This document shows, piece by piece, positions 18,776 to 27,765 of a DNA stretch of 64,000 nucleotides (the first letter of the stretch is position 1; each line of letters begins with the position of its first letter). The position numbers were made by a program, and so were the translations under genes. Under the pieces are notes generated by a model. That model ran no database searches. It was given only the letters and a program-made list of their open reading frames with translations, and was not told the origin of the DNA. The stretch comes from an uncultured virus (IMG/VR IMGVR_UViG_3300045825_000547). Lineage: Duplodnaviria; Heunggongvirae; Uroviricota; Caudoviricetes. Location of the stretch: IMG/VR virus record IMGVR_UViG_3300045825_000547, one strand, 5' to 3'.

Positions 18776-18791
18776 CCCTCCTTCGGGAGGG
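18776..18791 (+). other. cUUCGg tetraloop hairpin after nrdJ
   Basis: ccctcc-ttcg-ggaggg; no U tract, so mRNA stabiliser/pause more likely than terminator. Confidence 0.6.
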
Positions 18792-18807
18792 GAAAGAGAA
18801 TAAGAAA

Positions 18808-19203
18808 ATGGGTTACAAAACTGGAGCTAATTTAGACGATTTAGTAGGAAAAACTGTAACAGCGATAGATGGGGCAAGAGTGGATGGTGATGAAATTGTT
18901 TTTACTTGCTCGGATGGGTCAGAATATCTAATGTATCATGATCAAGATTGCTGCGAATCTGTGGATATAAATGATATTGTCGGTGATATCTCTGATCTAA
19001 TAGGTAGCCCGATTGTTCGAGCTACAGAGGACTCTAATAGTGGTGATGGTAACGATGATGACAGCGATGGAACATTTACGTGGACTTTCTACAATATTGC
19101 AACAGCTAAAGGGCATGTGACGATTAAATGGTACGGTAGCAGCAATGGATACTACAGTGAGAGTGTAGATTTTATATTAAGAAGGAAAGCTGATAATGAA
19201 TGA
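18808..19203 (+). CDS. Conserved phage hypothetical protein
   Basis: YHDQDCCESV...TWTFY...SNGYYSE pattern recognised from phage hypothetical proteins. Confidence 0.75.
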   Translation: MGYKTGANLDDLVGKTVTAIDGARVDGDEIVFTCSDGSEYLMYHDQDCCESVDINDIVGDISDLIGSPIVRATEDSNSGDGNDDDSDGTFTWTFYNIATAKGHVTIKWYGSSNGYYSESVDFILRRKADNE

Positions 19204-19702
19204 TGTGTTGATATTTCTTTTATGTATTCCCGCAAGCTTCCTGCTGGTAGTAGTAATATGGGCATCTGTTTATATCCCGAACTCCTGGTTTTGGAAGCTG
19301 TTATTGGAAAAAGATCCTAAAGAACTACCGAAGCGGTTAGCCGAGGCATTCTATCGTCGTGAGATATTTAACACAGGCAGAGCTACCGTATTTTACGATA
19401 ATAATCTGGAATTTGGGGGAGAGGCTGCGTTGATGATCATGGACACTGATAGGTGTTTTCAAGTTCAAAAGATAGTTATTAAAGACGTGTGCAAATTCAT
19501 GGGGGTGAAAGGAAAACCTATGTGGAAAATAACCATAGTTTACCCAGGGAATTATAAGGTAATTAGTATATACAAAACTAGACTAGAAGCATTGTATAAA
19601 TCTTTTGTACGAATATCTGCGTACATTAATATGTATAAGATGATGTTGGAGTACCCAGATGGGCAGCTAGTGCCTGTGCCTGGTACGGGCGAGAAAGACT
19701 AA
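19196..19702 (+). CDS. Hypothetical protein with N-terminal TM helix
   Basis: Hydrophobic N-terminus; overlap with upstream gene. Confidence 0.6.
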   Translation: MNDVLIFLLCIPASFLLVVVIWASVYIPNSWFWKLLLEKDPKELPKRLAEAFYRREIFNTGRATVFYDNNLEFGGEAALMIMDTDRCFQVQKIVIKDVCKFMGVKGKPMWKITIVYPGNYKVISIYKTRLEALYKSFVRISAYINMYKMMLEYPDGQLVPVPGTGEKD

Positions 19703-19705
19703 AAG

Positions 19706-19742
19706 AAAAAGAGAGGAATTGCGTCCTCTCTTTTTTAGCTTC
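19706..19742. terminator. Bidirectional intrinsic terminator
   Basis: aaaaagagagga / tcctctcttttt; + strand tail TTTTTTAGCTTC. Confidence 0.85.
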
Positions 19743-19754
19743 TGTGTTAAGTAA

Positions 19755-20336
19755 TTACGAATTTATATAATGATGTGCTGCTACTCCCAACCCGGTAAGT
19801 CCAGCTAACGCGCCCACGCCTAATGCAGCGCCACCACCTATCAACATTCTCTTATTTCTAAGAAGTTTTGCTGTTTCTAGTTTTTTAGCAATATCTGCTG
19901 CGCGTCTTTTAGCTACCGCGTTACGAACGCCCATCCCTAAAATCCCAGCACCTATTGCCGCACCACCAGCAGCTCCTCGTTTAGCCCCTGTAATTCCTGA
20001 GGAAAGTATAGTGTGTGCGTATAAATCCTTTAAGGGGTCATGCTTTTCTACAAAGTCAATCACGCTCATCAGTTTTTTGGCTGACTCTGGCGCATCTACC
20101 CCTTCGTATATTTTCGCCGGTGCCGCTTTATGTATTGCCGATCTCACTTCTGTTGGGGTCATCTTACCGGCCGGAGTGCTAATCATTCCATCACTATTAG
20201 GGATAGTAAATGATTGTGAATGTTTTCCATGTGTACGGTCGATAACAAGCGCTCCTTCATCATTTAGGCTTCCGGTATAAACGTGTCCACTATCTAACCA
20301 GCCTGCGCTTTTCTGTAAATATCTTTCAATTCTCAT
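19755..20336 (-). CDS. Putative virion/ejection protein (KxA leader, Gly-zipper segments)
   Basis: MRIERYLQKSAG; GAAGGAAIGAGILG and GGGAALGVGALAGLTGLG. Confidence 0.65.
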   Translation of the reverse strand: MRIERYLQKSAGWLDSGHVYTGSLNDEGALVIDRTHGKHSQSFTIPNSDGMISTPAGKMTPTEVRSAIHKAAPAKIYEGVDAPESAKKLMSVIDFVEKHDPLKDLYAHTILSSGITGAKRGAAGGAAIGAGILGMGVRNAVAKRRAADIAKKLETAKLLRNKRMLIGGGAALGVGALAGLTGLGVAAHHYINS

Positions 20337-20345
20337 TGGTTTCTC

Positions 20346-21221
20346 CTATTTCCTTTCTGTGAGGATTCTCTCTATATAACTTCTTAAGGTTGGGTCTAAA
20401 TTACTTACCACACTACTACCTAGTATCAATTGTACTAAGGGGTTGTTATCTTTTTCACACATCACACCAACTAATCTGTAGATGATATGCTTAAATGTCT
20501 GCTCAGTTATTGTCTCACTCCAGTTCACAAACTTCTCGGTCTTGAATCTTATACTGGAGATGTATTTGTTGGTGGGACTTCCTTCCAGCTGTGCAGCAGG
20601 ACTCATCTGAGGGAAACTAATTGTGTAGAGCCCAAAGAACTCTCTCACAAACCTACGCATCTTTGCTAGATTGACAAGAACGAGATTGGCTAAGTTATTA
20701 GCTTCCTGTGCTCTTCCTGCAACCACTTGAATAAGCATTCCTATTTCCATCTTACACGCACTATGCTCAATACGTTTATCTCCTACTCGTGTAACCCCTG
20801 CCGCACTCATATCCGCCAAATACATAGGAGAAAGTGCACAATACTCACTATCCACTACGATCTGCGGAACTTGCCCTGTTTTAATCTGGGTGTCATCCCA
20901 AGAAGACGTGATAATGATGCTAGAGTCATTAGTTAGTTCTGTTGGGTCAGAGGGTGCGTAGAAGTCTTCATCCTCACTAGGACGAAAGATCTCCGTGAGA
21001 AGGGCCTGGAAGAAATACTGGTGATAGTTCACTTGGAACTCTGCAGGCACATTTAGCTTAGGAATTTCAAAAGAGGCTTTAAATTCCTTAGCTGGGATTG
21101 TTTGTTTAGCGGAATAAAGAACTTGTCCTACCAAGTCTAACTCTTGTTCAGAAAGACCTGGGAGGATAGAGAGAAAGCTCTGTATTATTTCTGCTTGTTG
21201 CTCTTCAAAAGGAGTAGTCAT
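20346..21221 (-). CDS. Hypothetical protein, possibly structural
   Basis: 291-aa ORF inside the virion-protein operon. Confidence 0.65.
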   Translation of the reverse strand: MTTPFEEQQAEIIQSFLSILPGLSEQELDLVGQVLYSAKQTIPAKEFKASFEIPKLNVPAEFQVNYHQYFFQALLTEIFRPSEDEDFYAPSDPTELTNDSSIIITSSWDDTQIKTGQVPQIVVDSEYCALSPMYLADMSAAGVTRVGDKRIEHSACKMEIGMLIQVVAGRAQEANNLANLVLVNLAKMRRFVREFFGLYTISFPQMSPAAQLEGSPTNKYISSIRFKTEKFVNWSETITEQTFKHIIYRLVGVMCEKDNNPLVQLILGSSVVSNLDPTLRSYIERILTERK

Positions 21222-21222
21222 A

Positions 21223-23712
21223 TTAATATAGTGTTGATTGTTGGAGAGCTACTGGGTTTGTGTACCCCATTCCTCCCATCATACCTCCCATTCCCATTTG
21301 ACTAGCTGCCTGCATTTGTTGAATAGCAACCATGTCTCTTTGGATTTTGTTTTGTTGCACCATGTTATACGCCCCAGCTAATCCTCTTCCAATGCTCGGA
21401 ATTGCTAACCCTGCCAATAACCCGATGCCTAAAGCTTTTCCTTTTCCAGCCATCGCTGCATGACGTGCGGCTTCAAGTTCTGCAACCACTGCCGGGCTCA
21501 TATAGTTAGCAGCTTTACTTTGGCCCTCTCCCTCTTCTTTCCCAGGATAAGCTTTGTTGTATAGGTAGCCGGTTCCTAAAAGAGCTGCAGCACCTAAACC
21601 GTATTTAGCTAAAGGGTGCATTCCATGACGAACTGGTTCTGCACTAGAAGGCATTCTGAGTTGATGCTTCAGTGTATGCTTTTGCGCATGAAGTCCTGGA
21701 TGTGTGTGAGCTAACAGGTTATCTGCCCCATAGGTCTTAACAGCCTCATGTGCTAAATACCCAGCACCTGCCACACCTGCTGCACCTAAAGCTTTATGCC
21801 ACCAAGGAGATGAGTGCCAAGCTTCTTTAGCGTAAGCACCAATCCCTTTTACCCCATCAACGATTTCCGCAGAGTCTACCCCTGAACTTGCTTTTCTCAT
21901 CCACTCGGGCACTTCATGTGTTTCTTTTTCCTCTCCTGAGTCTATCACACTGAGTTGTGAGTGTGCATGTGCACTAGATGGTAATAGTTTAGTAGGAGAA
22001 GACTCAATTGTAACTTTTCCTGAAGGATGTGCTGTAACTTTTGTACTCTTTCCTTTAAATAGATTAACTATGCTTTCAGGTATATGGAGACTTGGCATTT
22101 TTGGAAGACTTGGCATTTGCATAGGATTAACAGGATCATGCATTTTATTGTAGATTGCGCCACCAGCTAAAGCACCAGCTATCCCCACTGCTCCCGCTAT
22201 ACCAGCTCTTCTTGCTATTGTTTTGCTTCTCTCTGCGGCCTGAAGTGCTTGGTTAATGGCAGCAGTTTCTTTAATAGCCCCTCTTCTCCAAGACGGGTAT
22301 TTATAAAGTTCTGCAGCAGTATCCATTAAATAGGGAGCAGCCATTAAGCCTGCCACCATTTTCTCCCCTTTTCTAACTCCAGCTTTCGCTGCTTCTATGT
22401 GGGATGCCCCATTGTTAAGCAAATCCGCAGTAGTGGCAGATTGTGACATGAGGTTATGTTGACGCGCATGTGTTGCTAAATCCAACATGACTTTATTAAA
22501 CTTTTCTCCAGATTTCTTGGTTCCTTCAAGAAGCGGTGCATAAATTTTCTCATACATATGTTCCACTACCGGAAGATGCATCCCCTCTTGAGCAAGGTGT
22601 GTCATATGTTCCATAACTTCTTCCATATCTGCGTAAGGTCTGGTCATACCAGTGAACCCCTTCACTTCATCCATGGCCTCCATTATCGCTTTTGCTTTAG
22701 TATTTGGAACTATCTTGTCGGTAACAGTGAGAATCGGCTGCGAAGAGAACAGAGCTTTAGCGTCTAAGTGCCCGGCATTCGCTGACGCCATATGCTCTAG
22801 TAAGTTTGTTTTTAATTGTGCTTTTATCTTACTAAGAGTATTTAAACCTGCTGTCGGCACTTCTGAGAATTTAGTCCCTGCAGTCTGAAGAGCCTCACTA
22901 AAGTTTCTAAAGTCAGGTAAAAGTGCTGATATGTCTTTACTAAAAGTTAGTTTGTCATTATTTCCTGCAACCGCTTTTGTTACTGCTTCAGAAATATCTT
23001 GTTTGTGCGAATTGGCATTGTTCACTAAATCGAAGAGTTTAGTAACCCCCGTTTCTATGTTCCCCTTAGCTTTAGCACCATTAGTGGCAAATTCTTCTGA
23101 TACTTTTACCACATCTTTGTTCATCCCAACAAAATCATTCACAATGTTAGTAGGACGGAATGCGTCGTACCAACTAGCAGCTTTCTCCACTTCCGGTGCA
23201 GGAGAAGTATGGTTAGAGTGAAGTTTATGTTGAATATCGGCTAAGGTTAGGTTGATCTTTTCCATATCCGCTGCTTGTGAAAGCTCTTTTTCTTTCTTTT
23301 GTTTTCTTCTTTCCACTAAAGTGTCATGCACATAGTTATTGGTAATCCCGGCAGTAACGGATGTGCCTAAAGCAATCCCTATTTGGTCTGCACGAGACGC
23401 TGCATTAGCGGACGCTGCAGCACCTATAGCGTTTTTTAAAGAAGAGAGTCCGGCACTTTTTTCTTGCCCAGGTTGTTCCCCTTTCATATATAGGTTGTAA
23501 AGTATTCTATCTCTTTCATCACTCATTGCTTCTTTCTCCATACTATGCGCAGCGTTGCTATTGTTATCTGTTTTGGTTTTCTTTTTTCCGCTTCCTACAG
23601 ACGGGGGAAGAAGGGAAAGGTCTTGATCAGGAAACTCTGCCATCCATTGTGCTGCTATATCGGGGTGGTGTTTCCACATGAACTTTCGTTGGGCTTCACT
23701 TCTAAATGGCAT
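21223..23712 (-). CDS. Large putative virion/ejection protein (multiple KxA sites)
   Basis: EKEA, EKSAG, EKAAS, RKASS, SKAAN; several Gly/Ala hydrophobic segments; N-term MPFRSEAQRKF. Confidence 0.7.
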   Translation of the reverse strand: MPFRSEAQRKFMWKHHPDIAAQWMAEFPDQDLSLLPPSVGSGKKKTKTDNNSNAAHSMEKEAMSDERDRILYNLYMKGEQPGQEKSAGLSSLKNAIGAAASANAASRADQIGIALGTSVTAGITNNYVHDTLVERRKQKKEKELSQAADMEKINLTLADIQHKLHSNHTSPAPEVEKAASWYDAFRPTNIVNDFVGMNKDVVKVSEEFATNGAKAKGNIETGVTKLFDLVNNANSHKQDISEAVTKAVAGNNDKLTFSKDISALLPDFRNFSEALQTAGTKFSEVPTAGLNTLSKIKAQLKTNLLEHMASANAGHLDAKALFSSQPILTVTDKIVPNTKAKAIMEAMDEVKGFTGMTRPYADMEEVMEHMTHLAQEGMHLPVVEHMYEKIYAPLLEGTKKSGEKFNKVMLDLATHARQHNLMSQSATTADLLNNGASHIEAAKAGVRKGEKMVAGLMAAPYLMDTAAELYKYPSWRRGAIKETAAINQALQAAERSKTIARRAGIAGAVGIAGALAGGAIYNKMHDPVNPMQMPSLPKMPSLHIPESIVNLFKGKSTKVTAHPSGKVTIESSPTKLLPSSAHAHSQLSVIDSGEEKETHEVPEWMRKASSGVDSAEIVDGVKGIGAYAKEAWHSSPWWHKALGAAGVAGAGYLAHEAVKTYGADNLLAHTHPGLHAQKHTLKHQLRMPSSAEPVRHGMHPLAKYGLGAAALLGTGYLYNKAYPGKEEGEGQSKAANYMSPAVVAELEAARHAAMAGKGKALGIGLLAGLAIPSIGRGLAGAYNMVQQNKIQRDMVAIQQMQAASQMGMGGMMGGMGYTNPVALQQSTLY

Positions 23713-23729
23713 ACTGTTTTCCTTTCTCT

Positions 23730-24203
23730 TTATCTCTTTTTGTTACTGTGTACGTAATGGGAAGCGGCAGCACCTAAAGCCATTCCCCCTAAACCTGCAG
23801 TAGGAATACCTAACACTGCCGCTAATCCTGCAGCACCGGCAGCGTGAACTGCTTTATTTCTTTGCTTTTCTGTCTGAATAACTTTATCTGCCATACTATT
23901 AATTGCGGCCGCGTGTCTACGGGCAGCTCTTAAGTTACCTATCCCAGGAAGAGCCCCAATACCTGCACCAACTGCCACACCTAGGGGGTTGCCGGTAAAT
24001 GCCCCACCCAAAAGTCCCCCATAAAATCCCCCTCCGCCTATAAGGCCTTTGGCAACGCGTCTATCTGATGTTACTCTGTTTGCAATTATCTTAGGAATAA
24101 GATCTTTCTTTGCAGACATGCCTAACCAATCTTGCATTACCCCTGCTGATTTTTGCATAGAATTCTCTGCACACAACATTACTAATTCTTCTATTCTGTT
24201 CAT
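23730..24203 (-). CDS. Putative virion/ejection protein (KxA leader, Gly-zipper)
   Basis: MNRIEEL...MQKSAG; GGLLGGAFTGNPLGVAVGAGIG. Confidence 0.65.
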   Translation of the reverse strand: MNRIEELVMLCAENSMQKSAGVMQDWLGMSAKKDLIPKIIANRVTSDRRVAKGLIGGGGFYGGLLGGAFTGNPLGVAVGAGIGALPGIGNLRAARRHAAAINSMADKVIQTEKQRNKAVHAAGAAGLAAVLGIPTAGLGGMALGAAASHYVHSNKKR

Positions 24204-24237
24204 AATATTCTCCTTGTCCCCTATGGGGTGAAATAAT

Positions 24238-25602
24238 TTATTGGTCTAAATAATCCTGAGCCATTCTATATGCCCCGTAGGATGCGGGAAGTGCTAAAAG
24301 CGCTGCCGCTAAGTGGGGTTTTAAATAGTGGCCCCCTTTATTAAATGCTTTTTTAGTAGTACCTTTTACGGCAGCTTTTGATGAAGCAGAACTTGCGGCT
24401 TTCTCTTTCATATCCTGAATCTTTGCTGCAGCTATTGCGTAAGCAGTTCCTGCCCCAGGGATCAATCCATGAAGGAAGGTAGAAGCTACTGGGTGTCTCC
24501 AAGTGAAATTTCTTTCTCTTTGTGCATCTGCTGCAATTCTATGTGCAGCAATAGCACTATTAGGTGAGTGCGCTCCTGGAATCAAACTACTCATCATCGG
24601 CCCTAGTATAGGGTGAGTATGTGAATAGTTAGAAAGCGGGCCATCAATAACTTTTCCTGCTGCCGCTTCTTCCCCTAATTCCATAGCACCTGCCTCAGCA
24701 GCAATGTTCATAGGAATAGACACAAGAGGTGCAGCTGGTCCTAAAAGAGATCCCCCTAATTGTCCAGTTAAGGAAGTTAGATAGGGATGGTTTCTTGCAA
24801 CAGAGTTATCAGGAAGGGTGTGAGACAAGTTTGTACTTAATCTACCACCAATTAAATTCATTCCGGTCCCTAACGCGTAAGCTGCGGGGAGAACTGCTCC
24901 TGCAACTAAAGCCATTTGCGCAGGGTTATGTGCCGTAAAAGTGACGCCAGGATGCGATGCTTGCTTTCCTTGTCTCATGGCAGCTAAAGCTTCAGAGAAA
25001 GGAGAAGAGGCTTTCTTTTCTTCTTTCTTCTCTTCTCTCACTTCTTCTTTTTTGCTTTCTTTTTTTTCGTGCCCTTTTTCTTCTTTGTTATCGTGTTTTT
25101 TGTCTTTGCTTTTATCATTGATTCTCTCCAAGCGTTTATCCCTGATCATATCGGTAAACTCGTTAGCAGATTTGTTTAACCAAATGGAATTTAACCAATC
25201 TGTGTTAGACACTTCATATTGCATATTGTTGTTCTCCTCTTCTTGAGCACTTGCATTTTTAATTTGGGCTTGCTGATTTAAGTTAGCTTGTATACTAGCC
25301 ATCGGGTCCGGACCTCTTCCACCTACTGCATTGGTTCTGTATTTCCCTATCCCAGCTGCTGCGTTTCCTGCTGCTGTTACGGATGCCGCTGCCACACCAA
25401 CTCCCCCACCAACTATATATCCTTGCAGCCTTGGGTGCAATTCATGTGGTGAATGAAGACGGGATGCTCTTGAAGCTTTAAAAGATGCTGTCATTTTAGG
25501 AGCATGGTTTTTAATCAACAAAGCTCCGCCGCCTATCCCTGCAGCACCTAGCCCAAGAAGAGTGGCTAATTGCCTATCGCTGTGAATGTGGATTTTACTC
25601 AT
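24238..25602 (-). CDS. Putative virion/ejection protein (multiple KxA sites)
   Basis: IKNAS, NKSAN, KKASS, EKAAS; repeated HP-x-L/hydrophobic segments. Confidence 0.65.
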   Translation of the reverse strand: MSKIHIHSDRQLATLLGLGAAGIGGGALLIKNHAPKMTASFKASRASRLHSPHELHPRLQGYIVGGGVGVAAASVTAAGNAAAGIGKYRTNAVGGRGPDPMASIQANLNQQAQIKNASAQEEENNNMQYEVSNTDWLNSIWLNKSANEFTDMIRDKRLERINDKSKDKKHDNKEEKGHEKKESKKEEVREEKKEEKKASSPFSEALAAMRQGKQASHPGVTFTAHNPAQMALVAGAVLPAAYALGTGMNLIGGRLSTNLSHTLPDNSVARNHPYLTSLTGQLGGSLLGPAAPLVSIPMNIAAEAGAMELGEEAAAGKVIDGPLSNYSHTHPILGPMMSSLIPGAHSPNSAIAAHRIAADAQRERNFTWRHPVASTFLHGLIPGAGTAYAIAAAKIQDMKEKAASSASSKAAVKGTTKKAFNKGGHYLKPHLAAALLALPASYGAYRMAQDYLDQ

Positions 25603-25653
25603 CTTCTCTCCCTAAGAACTATGAACCTGGTTTTATGTCCTTTTTGTGCTTTA

Positions 25654-25662
25654 ATTATAACA
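25654..25662 (-). promoter_or_regulatory. Extended -10 (TGnTATAAT) upstream of virion-protein operon
   Basis: Minus strand TGTTATAAT ~50 bp upstream of the 25602 start. Confidence 0.55.
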
Positions 25663-25685
25663 ATATGAGTGGGGGATTTAACAAA

Positions 25686-25889
25686 ATGCGTCCAAGAATA
25701 CAAATTTATTTAGATAAATCAGCAAGTGCAGAAGAAGGCATGATTAGGGGTATAGCAGAAGTGGTAGAGCAGGGGGCAGGACAATGGAATAGAAATAAAA
25801 ACCCAGATGGCTCCTCCCCTCCTCCACAAATGGCAGGTCCTAAAATAAAAGGATCCCCTAGATTAATTAAACCGATGCGGGTGAATTAA
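25686..25889 (+). CDS. Small putative virion protein (KxA leader)
   Basis: MRPRIQIYLDKSAS; start moved to ATG 25686 (SD ggggga). Confidence 0.55.
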   Translation: MRPRIQIYLDKSASAEEGMIRGIAEVVEQGAGQWNRNKNPDGSSPPPQMAGPKIKGSPRLIKPMRVN

Positions 25890-25893
25890 CAGA

Positions 25894-25933
25894 GAAGCTA
25901 AAAAAGAAAACACCCGTAATTGATGTTTTCTTT
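25894..25933. terminator. Bidirectional intrinsic terminator
   Basis: aaagaaaaca / tgttttcttt; minus-strand tail TTTTTTAGCTTC. Confidence 0.75.
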
Positions 25934-25936
25934 GTT

Positions 25937-26389
25937 TTATTGGTTATGTCTATTGTTCCAAATGACCTGCTCCATCTCCGCCAAGGATTCACGGTAGATT
26001 CCTATACCAAAAGGGGTTGTCCATCGAAGGTTTCGTGTTACTTTCCCTACTTTTTCGGGAAACGTCACTAAAAAGAGAGGAGAAGTTTTGTCTGAAAACA
26101 ATCGGGCAAAAGCTTTTCTGAATCGGAATGGGGATAACTTTTGCCGTTTTCTGTTTAACTTATCTTGAAGCTGCACAACTACAGAGAATGGGATTATTTT
26201 GCATCTTACCGGCGAGGGTTTGGTGAACGACATAACAGGGGTGACCGCGTAGTCTTGTGTTATTTCGTACATCTGTAGGTCCTCGGAGGAGCAAGCCTCA
26301 TACACACGGAAGGAATTGGGGGCTTGTTGAACCAACCAAATGTTCCCAAGATCTTTATGCGATACTACTGAGTCTACGGAACTATGCAT
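25937..26389 (-). CDS. Hypothetical protein (paralog of 26374-26937)
   Basis: SHKDLGNIWLV vs SHKALGGIWLV. Confidence 0.65.
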   Translation of the reverse strand: MHSSVDSVVSHKDLGNIWLVQQAPNSFRVYEACSSEDLQMYEITQDYAVTPVMSFTKPSPVRCKIIPFSVVVQLQDKLNRKRQKLSPFRFRKAFARLFSDKTSPLFLVTFPEKVGKVTRNLRWTTPFGIGIYRESLAEMEQVIWNNRHNQ

Positions 26390-26937
26390 TGTATTACCTC
26401 CGCCGAAGGTCTTATAGCAATTGGTATGAAAGGGGGACAGTCCATAATACTGTAGGCAGGAGTATTTCGACCTAGTTGACGACCATGGTAAAACTGCGAA
26501 TCTCTTTCAGTAACTGTCGCTATTATTCCTCCATAGTCCAGCATCACTCCGATAGGTTGGATAGGGGTTTTACCCTCAGTAATCTGTGTTAGTCTGTAGA
26601 TTAGTTCCCGCATTTCTCCTTTGGAAAAATAACACTCAGACTGGGCTATTGCATTACATACTAGTGCTAAGTTATAAGGGATCACCCACATAAGTGCAGT
26701 CATTTGTCCAATTGAGTTTAATTGCGTAAATCCGTCTAATGAAGGGTCGTAAGTTGCAGTGAACTCGCCCCCCACATGTATTGTGGAAACCGTTATGTCG
26801 CTAGACGGCCTGTAGCTGGAGCGTTTACTTACTAACCAGATTCCCCCTAAAGCTTTATGACTTGTGTAAACGGTTTCAGTTTTCTCCCCAGTAACCTGGT
26901 TAATAAAACTAGAGATTATTTTGTCAAAAGGATCCAT
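26374..26937 (-). CDS. Hypothetical protein
   Basis: Start at TAATG overlap 26937. Confidence 0.65.
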   Translation of the reverse strand: MDPFDKIISSFINQVTGEKTETVYTSHKALGGIWLVSKRSSYRPSSDITVSTIHVGGEFTATYDPSLDGFTQLNSIGQMTALMWVIPYNLALVCNAIAQSECYFSKGEMRELIYRLTQITEGKTPIQPIGVMLDYGGIIATVTERDSQFYHGRQLGRNTPAYSIMDCPPFIPIAIRPSAEVIQCIVP

Positions 26938-27671
26938 TAAGTTTCCTCCCCTTTTTCCCAACAATCTATACAATATCTCTGTCCCGTTTCTTCATCTTCT
27001 CTACCCCAGTCCACAGGCTCACTACCCTCAGGCTCAGTGCTATATCCATGAAAGCTTCCACAGTATTCGCAACTGTGATCTATTACACAGTCGTAGCAAA
27101 CCGCGTACTGGTCGGTAGTGACAGCAAGACCCCCACAGCCGTACCCCCAGCCTAATGTGGCAGCGGATACGTATTCCTCCTCGTGTCTTCTTTTCCCGCA
27201 TATGCCGCAAGGAAAGACTAAATCGTCATCTGCCTCACCTTCGCTTAGAAACCCCGTAATACAAGAATGAAATCTAGGACTTATTTCTTCCATTATTTCC
27301 TTTACGGCTTTATGTTTTTGTTTTCGGCTTCCGTGAATAGGGATTTTAAATATGACGAAATAGTCGGAACTTTCGGGATATTTCATTCTACTAAGTAATT
27401 TGGTAATCGTTTTTATCCCATATACCCCCGAACTATACAAAGACTCAAAATACACATCCTCTCCCAAGTCTGTTTCTTCGTCGGGGTCTACCGTAAGAAC
27501 TTCCCCAATAGAACAGAAGTTCGGTTCCTCGAAACACCCGTCATAACATCCCCCCATATATTTCACGAGAGTGTGTTGAAGCTTCCTACAAATTTGTCTG
27601 TCCGACAATTGTTTCCCTTTTGGGGAAAGAAGATAAGCTTTTATATCTTCCACCGTTTCTAATTTGATCAA
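26937..27671 (-). CDS. Hypothetical protein with multiple CxxC Zn-binding motifs
   Basis: CGIC, CYDC, CEYC, CIDC; SD aggagg with TTG start. Confidence 0.7.
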   Translation of the reverse strand: MIKLETVEDIKAYLLSPKGKQLSDRQICRKLQHTLVKYMGGCYDGCFEEPNFCSIGEVLTVDPDEETDLGEDVYFESLYSSGVYGIKTITKLLSRMKYPESSDYFVIFKIPIHGSRKQKHKAVKEIMEEISPRFHSCITGFLSEGEADDDLVFPCGICGKRRHEEEYVSAATLGWGYGCGGLAVTTDQYAVCYDCVIDHSCEYCGSFHGYSTEPEGSEPVDWGREDEETGQRYCIDCWEKGEET

Positions 27672-27735
27672 GATGCCCTCCTAAAATAATTAAAATAAAA
27701 AAGACTCTCTAAAAAGAAAGTCTTTGCTCGTTATG

Positions 27736-27765
27736 CTTATGCCAAGTTTTGTTTAATAATTTCCT
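27736..27765 (-). promoter_or_regulatory. Putative phage-specific promoter, copy 3
   Basis: AGGAAAT-N13-TTGGCATAAG. Confidence 0.7.
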
